Assembly (NCBI GenBank): GCA_054600435.1
Contig: BAAIJX010000080.1
Coordinates: 1 to 64,000 of the forward strand
Direction of reading: 5' to 3'
Source: Neophaeotheca triangularis
Lineage: Eukaryota
Length of the DNA stretch: 64,000 nt
Shown in pieces: positions 1-11,026 of the stretch; the first letter of the stretch is position 1, and each line of letters starts with the position of its first letter. Below the pieces are notes generated by a model. It saw nothing but the letters and a program-made list of their open reading frames with translations, made no database searches and was not told the DNA's origin. The translations under genes and the position numbers were made by a program.

Positions 1-1292
1 CCCCCCAAAAAAAAAAATCAGAACAGTAGCGCGCGCTCACCTCAGAACAAGGTCCATTCCTCCTTGCGCTCCTCCGGGTCATGCTGGCCGGCGATCAAAT
101 CACCCGGACTCGCGTGACCGATGTACTTGCCGCAGTAAGGGGTGATTTCGACGCCGGGCAAGTTGCGCTGCATGAGGTTGAAAGTGTCCAGGACTTCCTT
201 GTGGTGGGGCTTGTCGTCGTCCCAGCGGCCGATGGAGATGGAGACGTGGCATTTTTTCTTGTCGTCGCCCTGGGAGGAAGCACGTGGTGGGGTTAGTGGA
301 TGGGTTTCGGGTTTTGGGGGTGGCGGGTTTTCTTTCTTACCTTGTCCCAGTAGTCGTTGTCGGGCATGAGGTTGGTCTTCTTCTTGTCCTTGTCGCGGCC
401 ATTGCAGATGGGACCGCCTTTGGGGTGGCCGGTCATGGCCGTCGGGTCGTCGTAGTGGTCATACTTCTGCAGCGCCGTCCAGGCCCACTTGTAGTCGTCG
501 AGCTCGCAGGGCTTCTTCCTGTTGCCACCGATGTTGACGGAGAGGAAGGAGCCGGGCTCGATCAGGCTGGGGTAGACCTTTTCGCCGTTGGGGTGGCCAA
601 AGGGCTGGGACTCAGCAAGTACGGCGTCAATCACCATTTTGGCAATCTCGACTTGGGTCTCGGCTTCGGCTGGTGGCGAGTTGGTGTCCCAGGCGCGGAC
701 GGCGCCTTGGTTGGCGCTGATGGCGATGGCCGGGTATCCCAGCTGCGCCGCCATCTTGGCGGCTCCGATGACGCCGTACTCCTTTGTGGGACCGCGACCG
801 ATGTTCAAGCTGCCTTGGTCAGGGCCGATGACGGCCAAGGGGTGCGCCCCGTGGAATTTGAAATCCTTGCTGAGCGTGTTGAGACCGTAGAAGAGCGCAC
901 TGGTTGGCGGACCGTGGAAGTACTTTGGAGTACATTAGCATGGTTTTGGAAATCACGAGCAGTGCGCAAAAACTGACGTTTATTCTGTCGTCCTTCTCGT
1001 CGGTGCCGATGGGTGGCGCGTCTTGGTCGCAGGCGTGGAAGTCGCAGGTCTTGTCGCCTTCGAAAGGGCGCGCATCGATCACGGCTTTCTCGCCCCATTT
1101 CTTTTCGTACTTCTCGACCGACATGTCATACGGTGGAGCAGAGAGGACGACGTTGTGCTCGGCCTCCCTCAAGGCGTCGTACATCTTGCGGATGGTGTAA
1201 TCGGCGAAGCCATTGTCGTTGGTGAGGACAATGTCGTGGCAGTGGGCGAGCCCGCTCATGGCGAGGAAGACGGTGGCAGTGAAAGAGCGCAT
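1..1292 (-). CDS. Secreted SurE-like (5'/3'-nucleotidase/acid phosphatase family) protein, divergent; 3' end runs off the window
   Basis: ATG 1292. Signal-peptide-like MRSFTATVFLAMSGLAHC, then IVLTNDNG..VVLSAP..GPDQGSLNIG..GAAKMAAQLGYPAIAIS..CHVSISIG. Introns 977-923 and 340-270; a third donor (GTGAGC) near 40. Confidence 0.75.
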
Positions 1293-1789
1293 CTTGTTGG
1301 TAATTGACTGGGGGTTGATGGTGGTTAGTGGAAGAAGAAGGGTCTCGAGATCAAAGGGATTTTTTGCGTTATTATAGTCGGCGCACACTGCGTATACCCG
1401 TGAGGTCGTATCATCACGTCGAAAGGAGATTACTAGAATCGAAGTGCGATTCGATCAGAATTGATGGCGGCCACAACGAAGCTGAGAAGCACTGCCAACA
1501 GCCATCCGAAAGCGATGCATATTTGACGACGCGATGATAAAGCCGCGTAGTATTGTCATCTCCAAATCCGCGCCATTGTGACTGGCCACGGACAGCCTTG
1601 TTGCAAAGGGTAGCTGCGTAGCCCTATTGATCTGTCATGGAATAATGCCTCGGCCAACCGCAAGCAAGCCAGAGTAATCAGACCAAACCCAACGCAGTGG
1701 GGGTCGTACGTCTCCCACATGGCTAGACATCCGTTGGACCTAATTCGCAAAGCAAGGTGATCTTGTTCCGAAGCCCTGGATCGTGAATT

Positions 1790-4183
1790 TCATGAAACCG
1801 TCTTGATGATTTCCCTAGCTTTCTTCCGCTCTCCAGCGTCAAGCTTCCAATCAATCCCGCTCTCCCTCGTCAACTGCGGCCCATCGAGCTTACTGATCTC
1901 ATCCCACTCATCATCTTCCATGTTGATAATCAGAGCCGTCTGCAGACATCTAGCGAAGGCTTCTCTCAGCTCGTATCTGCCACCTCTAACAGCTGCGTCG
2001 CGGATGCCAGCAACATCTCGGTCGAGCCTGATGGCACCTAGTTCGTTGATGCGCCCAGTAAGAGACTGGAGCCGCTTTTCTAGCATCCGGGCCAAGTGAT
2101 TGACTGTGACAGCGAGGAGTCGCTCATAATTCTGGGCTGTGAGAATGCGCTTGATTGGAAGCGTGAACGCTTGCCATCCTCGCTCAAAGCGCTGAACCAC
2201 TTGGTCTTCAGAAGCATCTGCGTCGTCCTCACGGTTGCTCGACTCCGTACTATCGGGCATGTAGTCGACGTCCCTAAAAGTCTCGATGAGCACAGGGCGC
2301 AAGCGCGGTCGCATCACTTGCTTGAGCATGACTTCGGTGGCTTCGTTGATGAGTTGGGTGGTCTTGTCTTCGTAAGCACTTTCCAGGTTGCGGAGTGTCT
2401 TCTCGACAAAGACTGCCTCGTTCCCGAATGGAAAATTGTTTGCCAATGGACTCTCCGGGTGCCCCTGGTCGGATGCTTGAGCGAGAAATGACCTCACAAT
2501 ACGCTTGACGTAATCTGTAGACACGTCTAGGTTATTCATTAAAACAAGAAAAGAGATGATAACGCTCTCTGGCGGCATTGCTCCTTGTATTGCAGCTTTC
2601 GGGTAGCTTTCGTCGCGCATCTTGCGCTGGATCATGCCGAAGAAGTCGCCGCTAAGAACTCTGCCGACAGACTGGGCTACGTGAGCGACCACTGATCTTT
2701 GCGAGGTCGTAAGGGTTCGCTGCAGTACCTGGTTGACAATGTACATTACATCATCCACTGCCGAGGTGATGAATGGGGGGCTGGAGCCCAGTGGTTTGTT
2801 GGGTGAGAGTGAGAGCCCGGCAGGTGGATCATCGAGCTGAAAGGACTTCTCAACCGAGCGCCGGAAGAAAAACGTTCCCATAGTGTTGAAGGGCTCAATG
2901 AGAAGATCGTTGACCTTTTTCTGCAGCGTGCTATGTAAGACGACAGACGGCAAAGATAGCTTGCTGTTGAGCTTGTCATCGGATGGTGCAGCAGATTTGC
3001 TGGCAAGGAAGCGAGTGTAGAGCGACCACTTGCCAAGCATGAGCGTGCTTTCATTCAACAAGGCGTCGATCTCCTTCATGTCAACGCCCTCGTCTTCACT
3101 GGCACGGCCAGAGCCTGGTGCAGGAGACCCATCCCGCGAACTAACATTGCTTGGTTTTTGGGAAGGCATAAAGCTCTGCACGAGGAAGTTGAATGGGTAG
3201 CTTTTGACATCAGTAAGCTTTCGACTGACTCTTCTCTCGTCCGACCAAGTCTCCAAAATGAGGCCCCCTTGCTTATCAGCTTCCATCTGGATGCGTTCAA
3301 TGACCTTCATCATGCTGCCACTCCCGTAATGCCGTTCTACCAATGGCTCATGCCCATCCACAATTTGGGCAATGTGCTCAAACAGCTTGGTCAAGTTGTT
3401 GGCGTAGAAGATGCCGTCGCTGCGTTGGGCCGTGTTCATGTTGCTGCGTGCCCGAGCAGCGATACCCGAGCAGACGTAGCGACCGTAAGCGTCGAGACCA
3501 ACATCTGAGCGGCCAATGAGCGGGAACAGCTTGAAGAATCGAGTTACACGAGAGCCATCTCCCTCCTTGGCGGCCTTTTCAAACTCTCGCAAGAACAAGC
3601 CGCACAAGCTTTCGGCAGCAGAATCGAGAGTCTGGCGTGGTGGATCCGGCACATCGGCCGTCGGGACAATTTCTTCAGCAAAGGCACCATCAATGACGGC
3701 GTCTGGGATTTTGGAAGCTCGATGGAGGTAGCTGGCGGCAGTCTCCCAATCTTGCGGTGCTCCCATGGAACCAGTGACGCCGAGTACGCATGATTTGAGC
3801 TCGGCTACCTGCTCGACAACCTCCAGAGTAGCCTTCACAGCAGCCTGCTCCTGGTCTAGACGCTTGACTGCTCCTGAGATGCGGTTGGCAGTTGAGGCGG
3901 CAGATGAAAGCATGCCATTGCTGATGGATCTCGCGGCGACGACTTGTGAGCCAAGCTGAGCCCTTGCTAGATCCAGACGGCTAAGCTGTCGATTCAGATC
4001 GCGCTGGGAAGCTAGCAATGAGTCCAGTCGAGAGGTTACAGTGGCTTCGCGTTTGCCCAGGTCCTGGAGAGCGGATCGAATTTCCTCGACCGACATGGCA
4101 TTGTAGACGGACGGCCTCGGGGGTTCGTGTTCGGGCTCTGATGCTTCACCATTGGCGGCGAGTGTTGGGAGCGGTATTGCCAT
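1790..4183 (-). CDS. COG4: Conserved oligomeric Golgi complex subunit 4
   Basis: Intronless ORF of about 797 aa from ATG 4183, with motifs MGAPQDWETAA, RFFKLFPLIGR, VDDVMYIVN and GAIRLDRD. Confidence 0.9.
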   Translation of the reverse strand: MAIPLPTLAANGEASEPEHEPPRPSVYNAMSVEEIRSALQDLGKREATVTSRLDSLLASQRDLNRQLSRLDLARAQLGSQVVAARSISNGMLSSAASTANRISGAVKRLDQEQAAVKATLEVVEQVAELKSCVLGVTGSMGAPQDWETAASYLHRASKIPDAVIDGAFAEEIVPTADVPDPPRQTLDSAAESLCGLFLREFEKAAKEGDGSRVTRFFKLFPLIGRSDVGLDAYGRYVCSGIAARARSNMNTAQRSDGIFYANNLTKLFEHIAQIVDGHEPLVERHYGSGSMMKVIERIQMEADKQGGLILETWSDERRVSRKLTDVKSYPFNFLVQSFMPSQKPSNVSSRDGSPAPGSGRASEDEGVDMKEIDALLNESTLMLGKWSLYTRFLASKSAAPSDDKLNSKLSLPSVVLHSTLQKKVNDLLIEPFNTMGTFFFRRSVEKSFQLDDPPAGLSLSPNKPLGSSPPFITSAVDDVMYIVNQVLQRTLTTSQRSVVAHVAQSVGRVLSGDFFGMIQRKMRDESYPKAAIQGAMPPESVIISFLVLMNNLDVSTDYVKRIVRSFLAQASDQGHPESPLANNFPFGNEAVFVEKTLRNLESAYEDKTTQLINEATEVMLKQVMRPRLRPVLIETFRDVDYMPDSTESSNREDDADASEDQVVQRFERGWQAFTLPIKRILTAQNYERLLAVTVNHLARMLEKRLQSLTGRINELGAIRLDRDVAGIRDAAVRGGRYELREAFARCLQTALIINMEDDEWDEISKLDGPQLTRESGIDWKLDAGERKKAREIIKTVS

Positions 4184-4193
4184 TGGGTTAATA

Positions 4194-4222
4194 AGGTAGG
4201 TAGGTAGGTAGGTAGTAGGTAG
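4194..4222. repeat. (TAGG)n microsatellite just upstream of the COG4 ATG
   Basis: aggtaggtaggtaggtaggtagtaggtag. Confidence 0.85.
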
Positions 4223-4904
4223 ATGAATGAAGCACACGTAAAGCACAAGTATCTAGGTAGGTACAATATGATTGTTACTAGTACAGTTGGATACTAGTAG
4301 TAACTAACAAGGGTCGTGAGGTGTCCCGAGAAGCGACCGTGAGAGGTCAGAGCGACGACACGACACGACAGAACGCGCGTGCGTCGATCGATCTGGGGAA
4401 GCGCAACTCAAACTTGACGATTCAGGGAGCGAGCGAGCATTGTCGAAGGTTCAATTGTTTACTCGCACTCGAAACCTTCTCCTTCTGCTTCCCCTTCCCT
4501 TCCCTTCCTTCTTCATACTAATACTACTGTACCTTACTCTCTTCTCCTCGGATACACCTCTGGTATTGCCACCTGCATGCACCGTTTGGTGGTAGAGCTG
4601 CACCAATTACCGCCCCATATCTCGACCTTCATCCCACCAAAGCATCTAAGCGCCGTCTCACTGCCTCGAACAAGGCTGTCTTGGACACCGGCAGCTTTTT
4701 GCCCATCGTACTACTGCACATATATAGCAATCGAGCCACTCGCCCATCCAACGCCTCGCTTTACGAGCAATCATCGCCGGCACCAAGCACAGCCTCTAGC
4801 GTCAAGGACCTGCTACCCTTCAGTCGACGCCGCTCATGTCCTTGCGATAAGACTGCCCACTTCCCCCTCTCTCTCCTTTCTATCGCCCGCTGGCCCCCTA
4901 TACC

Positions 4905-7197
4905 ATGGCCGGCGCAACCGACCTGGCGGGCCAGGCCCTCTACCACAGCCTCAACCTCTACCTCAGACAGGAAGAAGCAACAAGGACGAACAATGCCGCC
5001 AGCACCTCCACCCCCACGGTCTCTGCCTCCGCTTCCGCTTCAGCCACATCCGAAAGTGCCGAAGACGCTCAGGAAGGACGACCAGGGTATTACAAAATCG
5101 TCGGTATAATACTCGCAATCTGCTCCGGTCTCTTCATCGGTGTCTCCTTTGTCATGAAAAAGTATGGTCTATTGAAAGCCAACGTGAAATACAACGAGGA
5201 AGCGGGCGAGGGCTATGGCTATCTTAAGAACTTTTGGTGGTGGGGAGGAATGACACTCATGATCTTGGGCGAGATTTGCAACTTCGTGGCTTATGCCTTT
5301 GTCGATGCTATCTTGGTGACGCCGTTCGGAGCGCTGAGTGTGGTCATCACGGCAATCTTAAGCGCCATCTTCTTGAAGGAGAGGTTGAGTTTCGTGGGCA
5401 AGGTCGGATGCTTTCTGTGCATTGTCGGCTCCGTGGTTATTGCCCTAAACGCGCCGGATCAGAGCTCAGTGTCTACGATTCAGCAGATGCAGGACTATGT
5501 TGTAGCGCCGGGCTTCTTGACGTATGCTGGGATCATTATTCTCGGCTCCGTCTTCACGGCTTGGTGGGTGGCACCAAGGTATGGGAAAAAGAGCATGCTG
5601 GTGTACTTGAGTATTTGTAGTCTGGTGGGTGGTTTGTCTGTTGTTGCAACCCAGGGGCTGGGAGCAGCTATCATCACGCAAATTGAGGGAACTCCGCAGT
5701 TCAATCAGTGGTTCTTATACGTCTTGCTGGTTTTTGTGATAGCCACACTGTTGACGGAGATCATCTATCTCAACGTAAGTGGATCTATCAACGAGATAAT
5801 CGACGACGCGCTGACCATTTTCACAGAAAGCGCTCAACATATTCAACGCCGCCCTGGTGACGCCGACGTACTACGTATATTTTACGTCAGCGACCATCGT
5901 CTCCAGCGCAATACTGTTCCAAGGCTTCAAAGGCTCGGCCATGTCTATAACTACTATCGTGATGGGCTTCCTCACCATATGCTCGGGTGTCGTGCTACTC
6001 CAGCTGTCCAAATCCGCCAAGGAGGTGACCGATTCCAAGGTCTTTACTGGAGATCTAGACGACGTGCGTACCGTTGCCGAGCAGGAGGAACCCGAGTCAG
6101 AACCACGCGCAGACACTATCAGAGGCGGAGCATCCATCGTTCGGGGGATGAGCAGGGTTCGTACGAAGCGGCAAGCTAAAGAGGCTCATCGCATCTATGA
6201 GGAGCGAATGGCACCAGTGGCAGAGAACGAGCAGTTTGAGTGGGATGGTTTGCACCGAAGAAAGACTGTCAGCGATGCAGCCCCTGGGTCGCTAAGGAGG
6301 CGAAAGACGGCGCACCCGCCTCTTGGCATGAGCCATTTTCCTGAGGACGATGATAATGTTAGCGATGCCGACAGCGAAGTCCATCCTGGTTTCTTTGGTC
6401 GCATAGGACGCAAAGCGCATCAAACGAGCCAACGGGTGACACGGAGCGGTCGCAGCCCCGTACCAATGACCAATGTCTCCCCCGACAAGCGCGAAAGCCT
6501 TGATGATGACGATAACTCGATAACCTCCGAGCCTCACGATCATGTCTACGGTCTCGCCCCAGGTCTACGCCGCGTGGGCTCTAACGAGGTCGACACCTCG
6601 TATAAAGGCAACCAACACATCCAATGGGCAGGCTCGGATGTTACGAACGCGAAACGCGAACGCGCAGACTCCGACGGGTCTTCTTTGGTGCCTCCTAAAC
6701 CCCCGCCGCACGCTCACGGTAACAAGCGCCAATTTTCCCTGACGGACATATTCCGAAACAAATCAAATGCCCAAGCGCCTGATGTGCACAGCACAGCGGG
6801 TGACTCCGCAGACCGTCCCGTCTCTCGCGGCGCTCTCAGTTTTGTCGATCGCAGAAGGACCAGCGGCAAAAAGATGGCCGCTGCCACGCCCACCGAAGAA
6901 GAAAGGCTGGGACTCGTGCATGGAGACTCGTCCAAAACTCTGCCACCTTATGACACGCTACCCATATATGAAGAAGAGGATGAGCGACGCAATAGCCGCG
7001 AGGGAAGCGACGAGTGGCAACAGGTCTCGGGCAGATCGCAGAGTAGCAGCCCCCACGATGTCTTGGGCGATCTGGGCCGGCAGCGGCGAAGGGATCCGTA
7101 CGATGATGACAGTGATGAGGAGTGGAGGTACGGTCAGCCTTTGAGGAGTCCGCGAGATTCCGAGGGAAGGGCTGGAAGCAGAGGGGCTTTTGTATAG
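4905..7197 (+). CDS. NIPA/DUF803 family Mg2+ transporter with a long disordered C-terminal tail
   Basis: GYLKNFWWWGGM, GEICNFVAYAFVDAILVTPFGALSV and EIIYLN|KALNIFN across intron 5775-5826; multiple hydrophobic helices. Confidence 0.9.
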
Positions 7198-7847
7198 CAA
7201 GACCCGTAAAGCGTTGGAAGGATATGGGTTCACTCGGTTCGTTTTGCAGCGTTCTGAGCGTGGTGCTTGTGCTGGTTCGACGGCGTACACATGGACTTGG
7301 ACGGATTGTACACTTGGCTTGGGAGCGATGATACCTTTTGTTTATAGCGCTTGGATGCGTCCGGTAGTGTATAACTATGCACAAAGCGACAGACACCCGA
7401 AGCTTGCTCGTCTGCTTCACATCTGTGAGTTCGTCTTATTAGTAGGTCAACTAATAGTGAACGCTTGATTGGATGGGCCCGTGCGCATGTTACTGCCGAC
7501 CTCACCTCCAGCTTCGGCCGGCTTGTTGCACTACCACCTATATAATACTACCTTACCCTTGACAACCCGCCTTGCACAGGGTATCCTTTCTTACGCCGGG
7601 TCCGTCTTCTGTGTGTCCGGTTGCATTTCAATTCTTGTCACTCCTTTGGTTCCACCGGCGGGACACAACTGCGCGTCCCTATTGCTCGCCAGCATCGATA
7701 CCTCTGTCCAACTGTCTATGCGATATTACTGAACCCCAGCATACACGCGCAAAGCGTGAAATTGCTTCACCGGAGAGAAGAGCTATAGTACCGGGACAGC
7801 GTACACCAACCGTACCTCAAACAAGCACATCACTCCAACCCGCAATC

Positions 7848-8719
7848 ATGGCCGACATCAAACGCAACACCGCCGCCGGCAAAGTAGCCACGCCAAAAAC
7901 CACCCCATCCACCGCGCCAACCGCATCCTCCACCACCCCCACCCCTTCCACTTCCACCAGAGAAGGCCTAGTCAAAGCGATAGGAGCAGGGTATGGCCGC
8001 CGGCACTGCAAACGCCTTTGGCAGCAACTAACCCTCCATACCAGCGTTAAACTCACTCTAGCCGCATCTTCCACCCCGCAAACTCTCGAGGGCACAATTT
8101 ATACCGTCTGCCCCAAGTCGAACGTCCTAATGCTAAACACACGCACCACCGACCCAGCCGCCGCTGCCAAAGACCCCGTCGGCGACTACCACACCATCCC
8201 GCTGTCCGGTGTGCAGAGTTTCCAGATTTTGGCGCTCCCTGAGGGCCCGCCCCAGCCCCTGCCGCCTGTCGACGAGCAGAGGCTTGAGGCGAGACTCGCG
8301 GCACGCGTCCAGGCGCTCAAGGAGGAGAAGGAGGAGCGTCCCAAGGGCGTTTCCAAGGAGGCGCAGGCGATTTTTGACGCTTTCAAGCGCATGTACGTGT
8401 TCATCGCTCCCTTTCGGGTGTTGCAGATGCTGTTTTCTTGTCGATGGATCGGGCTGGGGTTTTGCTGACATATTGCGCTTTTCACAGCAACATGCCCGTT
8501 CGCTGGCACGGCGGCAGCATCATCGTTCATGAGGCGGTGATTATTAGCCCGCCGTACGGTGTCGAGGATTGTCGGGGTCCGTCGGACAAGAAGGATGCTG
8601 TCTCGCAGGTCAAGAGGGCGTTGGAGGGGGAGAAGAGGAAGATGCGGGAGAGGGAGGAAAGGGACAAGAAGGGCGCGGCTGGTGCTGGTGCTGGTGCTGG
8701 GCATAGGAAGGGAGGTTGA
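7848..8719 (+). CDS. LSM12-like protein (LSm fold plus anticodon-binding/AD domain)
   Basis: LEGTIYTVCP..GDYHTIPLS..QSFQIL and KGVSKEAQAIFDAFKR|INMPVRW..VIISPPYGVEDC. Introns 7991-8044 and 8393-8487. Confidence 0.8.
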
Positions 8720-9120
8720 AGAGACTTGAGTCTAGGATATGGAATGTGGTTATCGTCGAATTGCACCGCGGCTGGAAACTCTAGCATACGACATGGAGGG
8801 TCTGAAATGGTGCGCGGTGAGATATTGCATGAGAGTCGCAGGCGCCTGGGAAAGTCGACCTTGACGACGGCATGAGGTTAATCAGTTTGCCGTCTAATGT
8901 GCGAGACGGGGCGAGCGCGAGAGACTGGAAATACCCTTCGCTGCAGACAGATTCCCACACCAGGCGTCTGGGGAGGCGGCGTAGTCTTAAGTAGATACCC
9001 TCGACGGAATAACACCGAAGCTGATATTGTCCAGTCTTGACCGGATTCCCATCCGTCCCCGAAGTGGGTATCATATAAAGACCGGAAAATAAAAAAAGAA
9101 AGGAAGGCGACAGCTACGCA

Positions 9121-9876
9121 TCACCATCGTCTCGCCATGTCCATAATACCCTGCTTCGCAGCTTCCCTGTCCCTCCTCCAAATCCCCAACCCAGTAACCA
9201 ACCCCACCCACACCAGTGCCCGCTCCAACCCCTCCTCCACCCTAAACTCCCCCACACGGTGCCAGTCCCGTCTAACCAACAGCGCCGAATTCAAAACCAT
9301 CAAAACCCTCCCATCGCCCTCGCCCTCGCCCTTGGCCTTCTTTGCCGCTTTCCGCCCCGCGTACGCCCCCTCAACCAACCGATAACAACTGGCACTCCAC
9401 CTGCTAGCGCCGAGCAGGGCGTCGTGCGTGCGCTCCCACGAGTACCAGCAGCCCCTGAAGGGAAATTCAAAACAGCACTCGGTGAAACCGCGACAGCCGA
9501 CGGCGTCGGCCGCCTCAACGCCGCTGACGGGATCCGCGACGCGGAATTCAAACTCGCGCGCCGTGGTGCTGCGGCGCACTTCGGCGGTCGCGGTGAAAGT
9601 TGCGTCGGGCCCCGTGGCGTCGACGGTCGCGCGCAGCTGGACTTGGGGTCTTTGGTCTTGGGTTTTGAAGGGGACGGTGGCTATGAGGGGTGGTTGGGTG
9701 GGGTCCGAGGGGTTGAGGCGGAGGTTTTTGTGGCTGAAGGGTCGCGGCGAGGTGAGGGTGTAGGTTTTGTAGTTTTTGGGGTTCGGGGGCGAGGGGGAGG
9801 GGGGTTGTGGGGTTTCTGGGTTGGTGTGGGTTTGTTTGCTGTCGTTTTGGGGGTTTCGGGACGGGGTGGTATTCAT
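9121..9876 (-). CDS. Hypothetical fungal protein (251 aa)
   Basis: ATG-initiated ORF with a globular-looking core (FEFPFRGCWYSWERTH, VGEFRV, VWVGLVTGLGIWRR). Family not recognised with confidence. Confidence 0.65.
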   Translation of the reverse strand: MNTTPSRNPQNDSKQTHTNPETPQPPSPSPPNPKNYKTYTLTSPRPFSHKNLRLNPSDPTQPPLIATVPFKTQDQRPQVQLRATVDATGPDATFTATAEVRRSTTAREFEFRVADPVSGVEAADAVGCRGFTECCFEFPFRGCWYSWERTHDALLGASRWSASCYRLVEGAYAGRKAAKKAKGEGEGDGRVLMVLNSALLVRRDWHRVGEFRVEEGLERALVWVGLVTGLGIWRRDREAAKQGIMDMARRW

Positions 9877-11026
9877 GGACTGGAATGTGGGAGGCTGGTG
9901 TTGTGGGAGGTTTTTGGGACTGCTTATGGTGTAGTGAGAGGTTGTACTGCGGTTTAAGAGCAGTATGCTTTGTTGTAAGGTGCGTACTACAAGGTATCTA
10001 TATCTAAAGTATCAGCTCCGCGGAGGGAGTCAGAAGGTGGTTGTGGCGATGCTGAGCTAGTGTGCCGATGGACCGAAGTCGCGAATCGCAACAACTCGGG
10101 CAAGATGCAGCGATGATAATGCATGAAATAGGAATAAATCTTTCACGCATTGTTCGTTCGGAATAGGTGCTTTATGTATATGAGAGAGGGTGAGAGAATT
10201 GTCCAAGAAAGCTTGGAAAGAGCTTGGCGGATGAGTGAAGTGAATTAAGCAAGTGAACTGACTGACATGCGATGATATCGCTCTGGTTCCACTCTCACTT
10301 CGCCAACACAGCTCGGGGCACTCCACCGTCTTTGGATTCAGCTACAGCCAGTCTGCGAGCGTCGGTGAGCTTGTTTGCAAATCAACATTGGCCGTTGACC
10401 CTTTCGATAGCCAACAGGACTGTTTGGCTGGACTAAAATGTCATGTGCTCGATTGCATTGGAAGTCGTCACCCTCAATGAGGAGCCAACTGTCGAATTCG
10501 GAAGACATTGAGGAGCGCTTTGCCAGATATTATCACGCCTTTAGGGGCAACATCTTCTCAACCACGACGGATCACCGTTAGTCGATGGCAAAGCCAAGGC
10601 AGCATGCTCTGTACCAAAGACTCGAAATCCACGTGCGGCAGCATTGTGTCCGTTATTGCGGGACTCTCCTGCGCACGGGACGACACACAGGTGAGGTAGC
10701 AATCATTGTAATTCTTCGTAGAACGCGATGATCACTGCCCACGCCCTCTCGTCATCACTGTAGCAAGTTTCCCATGCATTTTTTATCAAGACAGGAGAGA
10801 GACTTGGGAAGGAATTACATTCTTCATCCAGCGAGTTCCAACGCTGCCGCACGTCTATACATCCCTTCCATCGCCATGGACACAAAAACCTTGCATACAA
10901 CATCGCTGGGTATCAAATAACCGCATTGCAACCCACCACGATCCGTAAAAAGATCAAAACGCCATTCTCCCCGACTTCGAAGAACTAAAGCGAGAGCCAA
11001 AGTACCGAACAGTAAAACCAAGCCCC

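Noticed and set aside
284..976. 230-aa plus-strand ORF and similar long antisense ORFs (9259-9957, 20416-21189, 54590-55405, 60780-61310, 61667-62374)
   Set aside because: Antisense shadows of recognisable genes with biased codon usage; no independent motifs.
4577..5227. 216-aa ORF overlapping the NIPA gene start
   Set aside because: Low-complexity, out-of-frame product in pyrimidine-rich promoter or leader sequence; no coding signature.
7572..7847. N-terminal extensions from TTG/GTG or upstream starts in the ORF track (also COG4, YCS4, IMP3, PRI1, DIM1, Ace2-like)
   Set aside because: The track uses bacterial-style start codons; the recognisable proteins begin at downstream ATGs in good context.
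10703..10903. 66-aa ORF downstream of YCS4
   Set aside because: Non-ATG start, short, no recognisable motif or splice support.
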